Notes: generated by a model not told the origin, from the sequence alone. DNA of 64,000 bases from Minutocellus sp. GHC0000111 (GCA_977018835.1 OZ361256.1:3162001-3226000), one strand, 5' to 3'; positions 1 through 12,886 are shown, counted from the stretch's first letter. Numbers and translations are program-made.

Positions 1-3000
1 ATGATAACACTAACGACGTCGACGACGACGGCACCGGCGCCCATTCCGCTTCCACCGGCGAGAGCGGCAGCATCGGCTTGGGCAGCGAGCAAGAAGAGAC
101 CGCTGCGGCGGCAGCGACGGCAGCGGCGGCGGTTCGGGAGGCGGCGGTGGACCAAGTGCTGGACCTGGGAGGGCACGAGGACGACGAAGCCAACCTCTGG
201 GCGTCGAGGAGCACCGCTGCCTGTTCCGTGGAACCTTCTTCCGCCGCCGCAGCGAAAGGAGCGCCGGAAGCGGACGCCGGGACGGTCGGGACCGCCGCCC
301 TCCCGCTCGAGGGGGACGACGACGGCCACGCCGCCGCCGTCCTGGCCTACCTGCGGCAGCGGGGGCTCGACGCGGCCGCCGCCGACGTGGCGCGGTGGAT
401 GCAGGATGGGCCCCAGCCTCCTGGACCTGGACCTGCTGCTAGTAGATGTAGTAGTGCCATTCGCGCCGGTAGCGGTACGGGTCCGGATCGGGCAGATGCA
501 GACAATACATGTAATGGAAAGGACGGCGGCAATGGCGGCGGCGGTAGCGGCAGCGGCAGCGGCAGCGATGCATGTAACAACGACAACAACGACAACAACG
601 ACAACAACAACAACGACAACAACGACAACAACGACGACAACGACGACAACGACAACGACGACAACAACGACAACAACAACAACGACAACGACAGCGACGA
701 TGAGAAAAAGTTGCCAGCCAAGAACAGCAGTGCGCATGCATCTTACGACATAAGCGACGGCGAGCACGACGGCGCGGACACTCGCACCCGCCACGGCACT
801 CGCCACGGCACTCGCAGCGCCGAGGACGAGTCGGTCATGGGGTGGATGTCGGCCATGTCGTCGACCTTCGACCTGTCCCTGGCCGGTCGGACCATGGCCA
901 GCGCTAGCGCTAGCGCTAGCGCTAGCGCTGCATGTTCCGATGGTACACCGCCATGTGGCGACGACGATGGCGATGGCGATGATGATGACGATGACGATGA
1001 CGAACCTGCTCCGGCCACTGGTACATGTAGTGCGGCCGCAGCTGGAATGGCAGCCGCAGGAGCGACCACCAACGGAGGGGCCGGCGCCACAACATCCAAT
1101 GGCAGTGGCAGTGGCAACGGCAACGGCAATGGCAGTGGCGCCAGATCGTCGTCAGCCTCGGCCTCAGCGGCGGCGTCGTCATCGTCGTCGTCGGTCAAAA
1201 AGTTTTTCACCGACTTTGGCCGGTCCCTCCGCCCGTCGAAGCGAGACGGGGGCGCCAGGGATGGTGGTACCATCGGAGAGTCCCAGTACTCCAGCGGCGG
1301 GAGCGATCAGGGCCCACCCTCCAGCAGTCACCAGGCTCAGGCCCAGGCCCAGGCTCGGGCTCAGAGCGCGGTGCTCTTTCCCGGCCGACCCCCTCCGTGA
1401 TCTCGGGATTCCAAAGCCCCGGCCCCGGCCCAGGCAATGCGAGCCGTGCAGCCACCACCGCTGCATCGTCACTGCCTCCGGGCGCGTACGCCGTGAACAT
1501 TCCGGCGGTGCCCGGGGGTTACAGACAAGGTCCGCAACGGAGGAGACGGTTCAGCGGCGACCGGTACAGCCGAGCCTCGGGGGTGAGCAGTCGTCATTCT
1601 GTGTCGACCGACGACGACGGCGACGACGAGGACAGTGTTGATGTTGGCACTGTTGACACCCTCGATAGATTCCAACGCGTCATGGACGGCGATGACAATG
1701 GCGACGACAATGGCACGGTCGATAGGATGGACCGCTACGTTGGTCAGGTCCTGGAAAGAGATGCGCAGGCAGAGCGGGCAGAACTCCGGCGTTTGTCAAG
1801 CGCCAGCGGCGGAAGAATCGTTACGGTTGCCGAGGCAACGGCCGTGGAGGACGAGGTCTTTGAGGCCAGTGTCGTCGACGACAAGGACGGCATGGGTACC
1901 GCCGCGGCCAGATGGTCCAGGAGACAAAGGCATTGGTTGTGGGCGGCTTCCTTCTGCTTGTGGCTGTCATCGTTGCGCTTTCCGTGGCCGTGCCAAACAG
2001 TAACTATGGCAGCGCCACCACCGACGGCGTGGGCCTAGGGGAGGTCTGTATCAACGACGACCCCACTGTCTGCGGCTGCTACGACCAGGCAGACTACAGA
2101 GGTACCACCAACACCACCATCTCCGGCCGCACCTGCCTAAAGTGGGAAGTCCAGGAACCACACGAGCACGTGTACGTGCCATCCGAGCGTTGGCCGATGC
2201 TCGAGGCCAACTACTGCCGTAACCCCGACGGCACCCCTGGCGCCTGGTGCTACACCACCGACCCGGAAGTTCGCTGGGAGTACTGCAACATTCCCCAGTG
2301 CGATACGTCGACTGTGCCCATCACAGCATCTCCCGTCGCAGCCCCCGTCGACCCGCCGCTTTTAGACATTGGGTTTTATTGTGATGAGGAAGCCGTCCAA
2401 CCCCAAGAGGAGACCTCAGGCATCTATCTCGATGGCGAGACTGCTCACATCGCACTGACCAACACCAGTCAGGGCGACAGCGGCATCAACTTTGATGGCG
2501 GTCCTCTCACCGTCGAAGCCTGGATCAAGCCAGAGCTCAAGGTAAACTTTGCCACAATTCTTTCCAACAGAGAGGGTGGATCGGGCATGTCCGGTTTCCT
2601 TTTCTCGGTCAACACGTGGGAAGAGCAGAATGGCAAGCTGTACTTTGAAGGCACGTATGGGCAGGTAGCCTCCACAAAGAGTGTTCAATGGGGTAAGTGG
2701 CAGCACGTCGCCGTCACCTACGATGGAACCAATCCAGCTTTCTACATCGATGGTGAGCAGATACCCTATTTCAAACAGAACTATTACGGACCTTTCCGTA
2801 TCGACGCAGGATATCTCGATGCCAAGATTGGCGAGATGGGCTTGTATCACTCCAACAGCTACTACAAGGGCTCGATCGACGAGCTCAAGGTATGGGACTA
2901 TGCTCGAACAGGTGAGGAGATCCGTTCGTCGATGCATTGCGCAGGTGATCCAAATGCGGCGGGTCTTATTAGGTACTATCAGTTTGAGGAGGCCGATGAT

Positions 3001-3174
3001 GGTAGGATGGTCTATGATTCAGGCCCGAAAGGTAATCATGGAGTGATTGTGGTCGGAGAGGGCAACGAAGAGTCGGAGGATGGATTCTATGGTTCCGAAT
3101 CCTCACTGGGATACATTTACACCGAGGGCATTTCCCTGTGTACATTGTGTTCTGGTACTGGTGAAGAGGGGTAA
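1..3174 (+). CDS. Type II membrane protein: long low-complexity N-terminus, one TM helix, kringle domain and LamG/concanavalin-A-like (pentraxin-type) domain; 5'-partial, two frameshifts
   Basis: The frame is open from base 3. ORFs 78-1400, 1397-2038 and 1912-3174 join if one base is added in a C run (~1389-1393) and one in an A run (~1926). TM: ALVVGGFLLLVAVIVALSVAV. Kringle: DYRGT..TISGRTCLKW...NYCRNPDG..GAWCYTTDPEVRWEYC. LamG-like: TVEAWIKP, WQHVAVTYDG, GSIDELKVWDYAR. Confidence 0.85.
575..701 (+). repeat. Coding (AAC/GAC)n microsatellite encoding an Asn/Asp tract
   Basis: Run of aac/gac triplets giving NNDNNDNNDNNNND... Confidence 0.95.
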
Positions 3175-3304
3175 TATCAAAGCTCTTTGCCGGTGCGAGC
3201 CGAGGAGAGGAGACCAACATGTGTTGTAATGAGGAGAGAGATGGTGGAAAGATGCATACATATAAGATAAAATGGCACATAATTCCTACGATGGTACGTA
3301 GTAG

Positions 3305-4863
3305 TTATTCCAGTTCCTCGCCCGATATAAAAGCCCGAAAGCGATTGTAGTTGTCGGATCTGGCCCATTTCTGTAGGGACTTTTTGGTAATGACGAAACG
3401 CCCCTCATTCACACCACCATTTCAGTTAGCTCCAAGCCTGCCAAAATCTCGGAGAAACGCCGGTACTTTCAACTGAAGGACTGGGCCTTCTCCTCTCAAT
3501 TCAAGAGACCTTTTGCCCTTACCCGTGATAACGATAATGTTTTTGAAGGATTTGGTATCAACAGAAGATAGTAACGCATTGGCAAGAAGCATGCATGCTG
3601 GAGCTTCTCTCATACCGTGAAGGTCCCACTCCTTTGATTCTGCATCGAAAGGCGAAAGAAATCCCATCGAGACTGCCTCTTTTAATTTCTCAATCGCTTC
3701 GGGATACCGCTCGTTGTCATAACATGTCTTTGTGATGGCCGTGAAAGTGATTTCATCAGGGTCAAAACCAAGCCTCTTCATTTCATCAAAATGCCGCATC
3801 GCAACGTCAACATACTTGCCGCCGCCTTTCCCACACGCCGAAATAAAGGCGCTGAATACGACGACATTCGGCATAATACCGTGCGTTTTCATTTCAGCAA
3901 AGAGGGCAAGTGCTGTGTCAGTGTATTCAGCACCACCCTTCTCACAAGCTGATATTGTCGCGCTGTATGTAACAACAGTAGGCCAAACATTTCGATTGCA
4001 CATTTCATGGAACAACGAAAGAGCAGAGTCGGTGTGTTCCGCGACTCCCTGTTCACAAGCACTTATCGCAGCGTTGAATGTTATTTCGTTTGGTTCGATG
4101 CCTTTGTTTTCCATTTCAATCAAAAGTTTAAGGGCGTGCTCTGTTTGACCTCCCTTTTCACAAGCACTTATTGCGGCACTGAATGTTATTGCATTTGGTT
4201 CGACACCTCGACTGTGCATTTCACGGAGTAGCTCAATGGCTCTCTTCCAGTTGCCAGACTTTTCACAGGCACTAATAGCAGCGCCATAAGAGACGACATT
4301 GGGCCACAATCCATACTTTTCTTTCATCTCTCTCAAATACATAATTGCCTCCATGCCTCCATGTCATTGCCAACATGAGCACATGCATCAATCAAAGAGC
4401 TCATAATAAATTCATTCGGTGGTACTTTATTCTTCTTCATCTGGCGAAATATCTTCCTAGCTTCAGCTAGTTTTCCATCCTAGGCACATTTACTAATCGC
4501 GGCACTGTAGTGGTAGACATTCGGGATAAATCCATCTCTCTCGATGTCTTGGAGGATGTAGATGGCCTCCGTCGAATTGGCCTTCTTCAAACGCGGCATG
4601 TACTTCAGAGCCTCATCTCGAGGAATGTTTCGAATGCCCGAGAAGAATCTAACAGTACCGACACTGTGGCCGTGGCCGTGGAAAATGTTGAAGGCATCGC
4701 TACTTCCCTGATAAATCTTGACAGGCGAGAGCGACACGCCGTCATCGTCGTCGCCTACTTTCGAAAAGGACGGCACCTTAAGCGCAGCTACCAACGTTAG
4801 CACGGCGCTGCAACTACGATGACCTCCTGCGAGGTAGAATCGGGAATATACATGCCGAAGCAT
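3305..4863 (-). pseudogene. PPR-SMR protein (pentatricopeptide repeats + C-terminal Smr domain), disrupted
   Basis: 35-aa repeats (PNVVSYGAAISACEKSG...) and Smr motifs WDLHG and IIVITGKG. There is an in-frame TAG at 4480-4482, an 8-bp tandem duplication at 4347-4362 and a frameshift near 3430. The true C-terminus (NEGRFVITKKSLQKW...) ends at TAA 3305-3307. The N-terminus MLRHVYSR...RFFS resembles a mitochondrial presequence. Confidence 0.85.
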
Positions 4864-5086
4864 GGTGATGGTTTGATGACAGGTGAAGCAATGAATCGAC
4901 GACAAATGAAATCCCAACTCTCTCCTCCCGCGGCTGCCGAGATCCTTCGCCCTTCGCCAGCAAGATTTTTGGCGGGAAAGGATCTTCGAAGGCCAGACGA
5001 TCAAATTATACCCCGATTCACACACAGAGATCTTTCATCTTTCTCCTCAGTCTTCATTTTTTCAACACAAGACGTGCTGGGTGACC

Positions 5087-6101
5087 ATGGTGCTCCCCGC
5101 CAAGCGCAAGGCATCGACCAGAGCCCGCCGCTCGGCCAATGCAGCCACCGGTGCATCTGCATCATCAAATGGCACAGCTGCAGCTGGTGCAAGCTCTCCT
5201 CCAGCCGGTGCAGCCGGCGCAGCCGGCGCAGCTGCAGCCTCACAAGCCCGACGGAGCAGCCCCCGGCGCAAGCGGACGCGGCGCACGACGGCCGAGGCGC
5301 GTGCTGCTGCCGGTGCCGCTGCTGCACCAGCTGAAAGCGAGGCGAATACTGAGCAGGACACCCCCGCTGTTTCTCCATCCGCAAGGCTGAGGGGGGAATC
5401 TTCGATATCTGGTGCATCTCCACCTTCTTCACGCACTGCAAGAAATTCAACAGGAGCTCGTTCAAATGGAACAACCTCGTCGCGCGAGTCAACCGAGCCC
5501 GCCCTCCGACCCGACCGTCGGCCGGCGTTCCCCCCAACAGGAGATACGGCAGAGCCAGGACTGCCGGTGCTTCGGCTTCGGCGTCTTCACGCGCACCTTC
5601 ATCTGCAAGGTCCACTCGCAGTGCAGCAGCAGCAGCGGCCAGCTCGTCCCCTGTCGATAGCTACGCTGCCTTGAGTGCCAGGAGACTTGCGGCATCTCAG
5701 AGGGCTACTAGGCCTACAGCATCATCGCGGCCAAGTCTCAGCCCGCCCGCGGCACTCCAAGCGGCGGCGGCACGTCAACGTCGCCGCCAGATCATGGCGG
5801 AAAATCGCACCGCCCCGCGGCCCGTCCGGGAAAACATCCGCCAGCATCTGTACAACGAACGCCTCGAGGAGATCGACGCCATGTCCAACCGAGAGGCGGT
5901 CGAGGCGTGCCTGGAGCAGGCCCGGCACGACATACGGGAGTATCCCGGTGTTTTGGTGCCGGCCATTGCCGTTCGGGACGAGCTCGAGGAATATCTGGCC
6001 GACGAGGACAATGACATTCCCGCCAACGTGGTGGAACGGTCGAGGAGTCAGCTGCGGATGAGGGCGCACATTGATGCCTCGTTTAGCGACCACGAGGACA
6101 A

Positions 6102-6135
<34 letters not shown>

Positions 6136-7770
6136 GATGGTAGCGACGCCGAGCAGGACTACGGCAGCACGGCCCTGGACCGGGCGGAATTCGAGTCCTT
6201 CCAGCGGCAGGTGACGCGTGATGCCGCCGAGGGTGGGTTTCCCGCTGCGGTGTATCTGGCCGGGCTGCTCGAGCAGGTCAATCCGGACAACATCCCTCCG
6301 GCCGTCATGAGGGCCATCCGCGAGTACGACAGCGACAATGACAATGGCGGTGTCAACCAGAGCGACGATGAGGACGGCAGTGACGACGACTCCATGCCTC
6401 CATTGGAATCGGCGAATCGCGAAAATGGCTCGTCAGAGTCACCGCCCTGTTCCCCATCTCGACTGATCAATTGCGCCATCTGCCTGGAGACGTTTGACCC
6501 GTCCCGCTTGGTAACACTGCCCTGCTGCGCCGAGTCGGAATCCACCTCCAGCACCCGTTTCTGCCCGGGCTGCATCGCCGGCCTGGCCCATCACGAGATG
6601 ATTAGCTACCACCTCCCCTATGCCGAGATGGCCACCAACTTCCACAAGTCGACGTGTGCCGTGGGAGAATGTCCCCGCTGCAAGAAGCTGATATCGGTGA
6701 CCAATCGCAAGCCCCCGTCGTTCTTCAACTTTACCGACAACGGGGCAGATTTCGAGCTGAGCGAAGATTTGGTGTGGTCCGTCGATAGCCTCGGACTGCG
6801 CCTTGCCGACATGGAGATGATGGTGGAGTATGCATGCCGCTACGCGTGGCGGACAAACTACGGTCTGCAAAATTTCATGGATCTGCTGGGCTTTCTGTCC
6901 TACCTACCGTTCCCAGGTCAAATTCTCAAGCAAACGCTGGAATATGTCCATGACAGCACCTCCGAGGTAAGGCGGATGACGACCCGTCTTGTGCAGTGGG
7001 GATTGTTGAAGCAGGTCGGCCTAGATGCGTACTGCCTCTCGGATGAGCAGCAGGCCGAGCTGAGAGAGGGTCGTTACCGTCAGCTCATGAGCCACCCGAG
7101 TGGACGTCTGCGACCGCTCGGTCACAAGTATTTCAGCCACTACGCCAAGTTTGTTCCTTGGAACATTGAGGTCGATGAAATGAGCAGCGGCGCCATTCGC
7201 TCATTCCTTTCGTTTTGGGAAGGTTTTGCGAACTGTGTGATGGTTGCCGGTTATTTGCTCCTCACTCTGCCCATTCCTCTTCTGGAGTTCAAGATTGTGC
7301 AATTTTTCCGGGTCCTACGACAAACTATTGTTGCCTCGGCGATGTGCATGGGTGTGGTTCCCGGGAGAGTCGGACCAGTATCCATCCCACAACAAATTGT
7401 GATTTCGGTAGTCATGACGCTAATCCTCTACCTTCTCTGGAGCATTATCAAGACGATTGTGTGGTGCACATTTGTTGCCTACATCGCCATCTCTCTGAGC
7501 AGGTCACTTTACTCCTTGCAGGCAATGTCGCGGAATGGAACAGCCGCCATGTTTCTTTTGTTCCATGCGTACTCTCACCGAGAGAGCTCACTGGTTTTTG
7601 GCTTAAATCTCCTTTTGTGGTGGCCGCTCTTCAAGACGCTGAGCTTGCCGCGCAAGTTTCTTTCCTTTTACTTCTTCCAGATGTTGCTTGGCGACGAGGG
7701 TATTCGTTTGCTATTATTGCGCAGCCTGACTGGAGGGTCTCCATACATTTGTGTGTCTGCGACACATTAA
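5087..7770 (+). CDS. RING-like Cys domain protein with C-terminal multi-pass TM region (putative membrane E3 ligase); one frameshift near 5490
   Basis: CAIC..LVTLPCC...RFCPGC...GECPRC motif, basic/Ala-rich N-terminus and several hydrophobic C-terminal helices. Paralog at 15918-18767. Confidence 0.7.
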
Positions 7771-7830
7771 CTGCGGTAACATAAATGATATCTATGAATT
7801 TGTGATATAGAAGTAAAGATATTGTGTTTC

Positions 7831-9421
7831 TCAACACATATCAATGAGCCAAGCAGCACCAGCCTCAGCTCCTCCAGCATCAGTGTCTCCCACCTCTCCA
7901 ATAAGGACCTTCGAAGAAGTATCATCAATAGAAATAATATTGCCAAAAGAGTCGTCTTTGTACAGTCCTGGAGGAACGATCATTTTGGTTTGGGACCAGG
8001 TATTGCCACTGCGAGAGAACTGAAATACCGCACCAGCTTTGTTATCATGGTGGATCGATAAAAAAAACAGTATTACCGTCTGCAGATATAGCTACGGCAC
8101 TCCCGAATCGTCTTTTCTCCCTCGTTTCTTCATCAAGTCGAAGCCTTTGCTGAATTTTCCAAACACCATTTGCGCCTGAATGGTGCCGTCGTCAGCGTGG
8201 CTCTTCCAGGATCCAATTACAATGGTTTCGCCAGACTCATCCACGTCTACCGCATTTCCAAACTCGTACCCATAACCGGCTTCGCTTTCCGGTGGGAGGA
8301 GCTTGGAATCATAAACCCAAGTGCCATTTCTTCTTTCGTATACATACGCTGCACCGCTTGCCTGGTCAAATTCACTTGTTTTTTGCGCACCAACTACAAG
8401 CGTGTCGCCCCGCATGGCCAGGAATCCACCAAATTTATCGGAAAATTTATATTCTTGGCTTCCTTGAAAGATGACATCGTTCTGCCATGTGATTTGGCCA
8501 TCGCTGTCAGGTTTCGAGAGCGTGTAGAGATAAACAAGACCTCCTGTGTTGCGATCACCGGCACCAACGGCAAGCGTTACTCCATCGGTACCAATCGCAA
8601 CGGAATCTCCAAAACGGTCACCTACTTGGCCTTCTTCAGGCGGAGGGTCGATCCGGCCACTCCAAGTCCATCCACCAGAGCCATCCTCATCCTTTGTGAA
8701 CAAAAACACGCCCCCAAGAGTTGCGTTGTGTGTGTCCGCCCCAAGGCGAGGAGAGTCCCATTTCGACCAACTGCGACGGAAACACCAAATTTCGACTCAA
8801 GCTGAACACCGGGAGCCAGGATTTTTGTCATCAAAGTCCATTCCTCAGCAACCTTTTCGAAAACATATGCCGCCCCTCCTTTGGTGATGTTGGCCTCAAG
8901 TTGGGAAGGATCCGAATGTAAAAAAGCCCCAACCACTGCCACTCCTGAATCAATGGCAACCGCCCGGCCAAATTTATCTTCCTCTGCCCCATCTGCAGCC
9001 ACGAGTTTAGTAGCAGGGCAGTCAAGTACGACCGGGCGTTCCTGGTCAGTGCCGAAGCTAGATACTTGGGTTTCGCCACCAATCTTGCCCGTTTCGGCCA
9101 AGCTCCCAACAACAATAGCAACGAGCGCCAATACACGAGGACCGCGCCGGCCAGCAATTTCCATGTATGAGTTGGCAAATTGAAACCGCATACGGTTTTG
9201 GTCTTTACGACCTCTGCCGTCCTCATGGGTATAATCACTGGGACCGTGCTGTCATCCTGTCCCCTTTCAATGTCACCATCCTCCTCCACCACAAAAGCTT
9301 CGGGGATGAGCACATCTTTGTTGGACTTGGTGCTGGACTTTAGCGAAGAGTTGATGGAGCCGCAACTTACTTCTTTCATGCCTCCGGCAGTTGCGCTGGC
9401 TGTGAGTTTTGTGAGTGCCAC
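7831..9421 (-). CDS. Type II membrane FG-GAP repeat (integrin-alpha-like beta-propeller) protein; multiple frameshifts
   Basis: Repeats FGRAVAID..VVGA...GAAYVF, FGDSVAI..LAVGA, FGNAVDV..IVIGS and FGSAVAIS lie across ORFs 8831-9421, 8622-9191 and 8092-8709 plus a further segment ending ...GAAWLIDMC-TGA at 7831. TM near 9100-9150. Start uncertain (ATG 9379 possible). Confidence 0.8.
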
Positions 9422-9595
9422 ATCGACATAATAGCCCTTTCCGGGTTGCTTTTGAGCAGTCGGCAGTCGTAGTCGCAGTCGGCCTTGTCCGAAGGGCCGC
9501 GGTGTGTTCGGCAGGCGGCAGGCGTGTGCGTTTCGGCTCGGATCTGCCCCCTGACTGGCCGGCCACCCGGCCCACGCAACTGTTCCGCCAGCAAG

Positions 9596-10918
9596 ATGAA
9601 TAACAGTCTCAATAAGAGATGCAGCTCTGCCATATCAACGGTGAGCTACGCCAGTACCAACGCATCTGCAAATGATGGCGGGACACAACTGCCCTTCCTC
9701 ATCGGAACACCCGAGCTTCACGCGCAGCGCCAGTTTGACCGTCGGGACAAGGATCAGATACTGACCTACGAGCCGACTGCCGGATGGACCAAGCCACCTG
9801 CACGGGCGTGGATTCCGGAGTTGAATCGTGATGTCCTGGTGGGATGCATTTTATGGAACGCCGTCGTGGCCATCCTGGCGAGGTTCACCGGCATGTGCGG
9901 TGTTCCACCGCCGGACGCTCCGAGTTACGTCCTTTGCGGTGACAGCGACGAGTGGGTTATGGGCGAGGTGGCTGTCTACAACACGTTGGGTGTTGGCATG
10001 TTTCTCCTCCTTACCTTCCGTGCACACGAGGGATATGGACGATTTTGGGAAGGCCGCAAGGCATGGGGCAGAGTGCGAGAGTGCTGCCGTGATCTGACGA
10101 GGCAGATATGCTACGCTATTGAAGTTGGCGAACACTATAATCATCAGGAAGCATGGATGGAGCGCCGCCGAGCTGTTGGTTTTGTCGGGGCGTTCGCTTC
10201 CACACTGAAGCTGACCTTACGAGGAGAACGAAACCCTGTGCCCGAGCTTGGTCAGACCCTATGCTTTCAGGACATCCTTAACATCGAGAAGGCCCGCAGC
10301 ATGCCATTGTTTTGCCTGGACGTGCTATCCTACTACGTTAACAAGATGCAACGCCAGAAAAGACTCGGAGAGATCAGCGTAGCCACCATAAACGCCACAT
10401 GCATCTCTCCTCTCAACGATGCGTACGGAACATGCGAACGGATCCGCAACCAGCCCATTCCCCTTTCCTACAGCTTGCACCTTCGCTTCATCCTCCTTCT
10501 TTGGCTACTGCTATATCCACTCCATTTGGTGTCTTTTTACGGGTGGTTTTCCATCGTCCTGGCTGGCTTGATTGACCTTGCCGTTCTTGGCATCGAGTCG
10601 ATGGCGTGCGAAATTGAAAACCCGTTCCTATACCACAAGAATTGCATTGATCTTTGCAGTTTCTGCAAGGGTATTGTAGCGGATACGCAAGAAATATTGG
10701 CAAGGGCGGAGCATCGGGACGCGGAGCTGGTGTTGGATGGTGCCGAGGTTCGCAAGATGAATGATAGGCTTTTTCAAGAGGCTTCCAAAGATCCAACTAA
10801 CATGCAACATTTGGAGGATATGGCCGATCCCGAAAAGAATTTCTTTCGCAAAGACAGGGGTGCAGGATGGTGGAGTTGCAGTGCATTCACTCGAAACGGA
10901 GATTGCAATGCCTCATAG
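9596..10918 (+). CDS. Bestrophin-like anion channel (UPF0187/YneE family)
   Basis: Motifs LLTFRAHEGYGRFWEGRKAWG, CERIRNQPIPLSY and LGIESMACEIENPF, with four hydrophobic segments. First ATG at 9596. Confidence 0.9.
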   Translation: MNNSLNKRCSSAISTVSYASTNASANDGGTQLPFLIGTPELHAQRQFDRRDKDQILTYEPTAGWTKPPARAWIPELNRDVLVGCILWNAVVAILARFTGMCGVPPPDAPSYVLCGDSDEWVMGEVAVYNTLGVGMFLLLTFRAHEGYGRFWEGRKAWGRVRECCRDLTRQICYAIEVGEHYNHQEAWMERRRAVGFVGAFASTLKLTLRGERNPVPELGQTLCFQDILNIEKARSMPLFCLDVLSYYVNKMQRQKRLGEISVATINATCISPLNDAYGTCERIRNQPIPLSYSLHLRFILLLWLLLYPLHLVSFYGWFSIVLAGLIDLAVLGIESMACEIENPFLYHKNCIDLCSFCKGIVADTQEILARAEHRDAELVLDGAEVRKMNDRLFQEASKDPTNMQHLEDMADPEKNFFRKDRGAGWWSCSAFTRNGDCNAS

Positions 10919-11010
10919 GCAGCGACAAATAAATGGCGGTAGGGTTGGGGCAAATATGGTGGTGTTCGTCCCGCTAAGTATAGCTTAAATCTATCTATCG
11001 TAATGAAAGA

Positions 11011-12276
11011 TTAGAACCCAAATTCGATAGAATAGGTAGCCTCATGCAAGGCTATTTCTACGTCATCGGCAGTGAACGGCTCTAGACAGTCCCCACCGTC
11101 GTTCCCGCACTCGAGCATGTTGTATTCCGCTCCATCGCAATACCCATCTCCAACCCACGAGGAAAAGCTGACTTGGCAATCCGGATAGCGCTCATCAAAC
11201 TCGAGGCAGTCCATTGTCATAGCCGCACTCGGGGTTGTTGTATCCCTCTCCATCGCAGTAACCGTCACCAATAAATGTCGGGATGACGTTGGTGCAGTTG
11301 GGGTAGGTCTCCCAAAGGAGTTCATTGGCCTCGATGCAGTCACCTCCATCCCACCCGCATTCAGCGGTATTGTGCGCACCTCCGTCGCAGTAGCCATCCC
11401 CAAGCTGCCAATGTTGACGCCGCCTTTGCAGTCCGGGTACGTCTTCCAGAGCATTTCGTTAATCTTATCGCAGTCCCCACCATCCCAACCGCACATTTCG
11501 GTGTTCGACTCGTATCCATCACAATGCCCATCTCCAATCCATGAGGGGTAGTCGTACTGGCAACCGGGATATTGTTCATTGAACTCAATGCAGTCTCCTC
11601 CGTCGTAGCCGCACTCTTCAGTGTTTTGTGCTCCCAAGCTCTCGCAAGAGTAACCGTCGCCAACGCTCTCCGGGTAAAGACCTTCAATGTCGCAATTTGG
11701 ATAGGACTGCCGGACCACTTCGTTGGCCCGTGTGCAGTCCCCGCCGTCGTAGCCGCAAGCAGCGGTGTTGAGCTCCCCCCCATCGCACTGGCCATCTCCG
11801 AGCCATTCAGCGTGGTAAAGAGCAGGACAAGCAGGATAGGAGCGCCTCATTCGTATCTCTCTGCCGGCATCCGTGGCCATGAAGAAGACGGCGAGGCCAA
11901 CGCCAAGTCCAAGGCAGACCGCCAAGGCGACGCCGAGGCAGATACGGCGCCGCTTGGTGTAGTCGGGAGCAGGAGCAGTCGCGGCATCGGCAGGGTTAGG
12001 ATTGCCAGTCGAAGAAGTGCCGCTGGCACCATTACCACCGCTCTTGGCCTCCTCCGCCAGCTCCGGCTCGGCTAGCCCTGTGGCATCGGCATCAGCATCG
12101 GCGACGGCGTCGGTGACGACGGGCAGCACCGTGGCCTCGGGAAGATCTTCGACGGGACAGTCCAGCAACCCGTTTGCATCGGCAGCGCCGGTGGGGACGG
12201 CGGTGGCAATGCCACTACTGGCATCGGTAGCTACATGTGCCGCTTCGTCGTCGTTCTCGCCTGACTTCAGGGTCAT
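11011..12276 (-). CDS. Type II membrane protein with six LNR (Notch/Lin-12) repeats
   Basis: TM ICLGVALAVCLGLGVGLAVFFM followed by repeats of YPxC...GDGxCD...NTxxCGxDGGDC. Repeats 4-5 lie in a shifted frame between ~11400 and ~11215 (compensating indels). Confidence 0.88.
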   Translation of the reverse strand: MTLKSGENDDEAAHVATDASSGIATAVPTGAADANGLLDCPVEDLPEATVLPVVTDAVADADADATGLAEPELAEEAKSGGNGASGTSSTGNPNPADAATAPAPDYTKRRRICLGVALAVCLGLGVGLAVFFMATDAGREIRMRRSYPACPALYHAEWLGDGQCDGGELNTAACGYDGGDCTRANEVVRQSYPNCDIEGLYPESVGDGYSCESLGAQNTEECGYDGGDCIEFNEQYPGCQYDYPSWIGDGHCDGYESNTEMCGWDGGDCDKINEMLWKTYPDCKGGVNIGSLGMATATEVRTIPLNAGGMEVTASRPMNSFGRPTPTAPTSSRHLLVTVTAMERDTTTPSAAMTMDCLEFDERYPDCQVSFSSWVGDGYCDGAEYNMLECGNDGGDCLEPFTADDVEIALHEATYSIEFGF

Positions 12277-12659
12277 CTTACTTTCATGGAGAGGAAATTA
12301 GAAAACTATGAGCAGCAAACCGGGCTCTTATGCTCTCAAGTATCTCAAATAAATGGCTCTCGCTGCCCTTCTGAGCAGAGCGAATACATATGTCGTCTTT
12401 GCTCACGTCGCTCACAGTGCGTCATGGCTAACAGTGCTACGCTATATGTACCGCACAGGAATTCCTACATGTACAATGGCCGCCGCTTCGCTTCTCAAAA
12501 TTGGAAAAATCAGAAATCTACTACGTTCATGTTTTGCAGTACATGTACCTAGGTACACAAATTGACTCCCGGCCACTCACAGGCCACTGCGACTTGGCGC
12601 TGTGAAGGACTCCTTTTCAGACAGAGCAGTCAAAGCACAACACATTGCGCAGCTGGCGG

Positions 12660-12735
12660 CTCCCTGCTGTGTGATTGACATGATGCCATTATCAGCGCTC
12701 CCTGCTGTGTGATTGACATGATGCCATTATCAGCG
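12660..12735. repeat. Perfect 38-bp tandem duplication
   Basis: CTCCCTGCTGTGTGATTGACATGATGCCATTATCAGCG at 12660-12697 and 12698-12735. Confidence 0.95.
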
Positions 12736-12886
12736 TCTCGGCAGTCCAGAGGCATGCTGTCCATGCTGCTAGCCTGTATGTAAACAGGTCGGACCCCTAC
12801 ACATGCTGTTAACAACTAAGCCGACACATGTAACAACAGCAGTTCCCACATTATTAGGAATTCCTACACAATTCCTGCTACTTACG

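Noticed and set aside
898..930. (TAGCGC)n run as a regulatory or mobile repeat
   Set aside because: It is an in-frame hexamer microsatellite encoding ASASASAS within a low-complexity CDS. It may have been seeded by a TA palindrome but cannot be separated from slippage.
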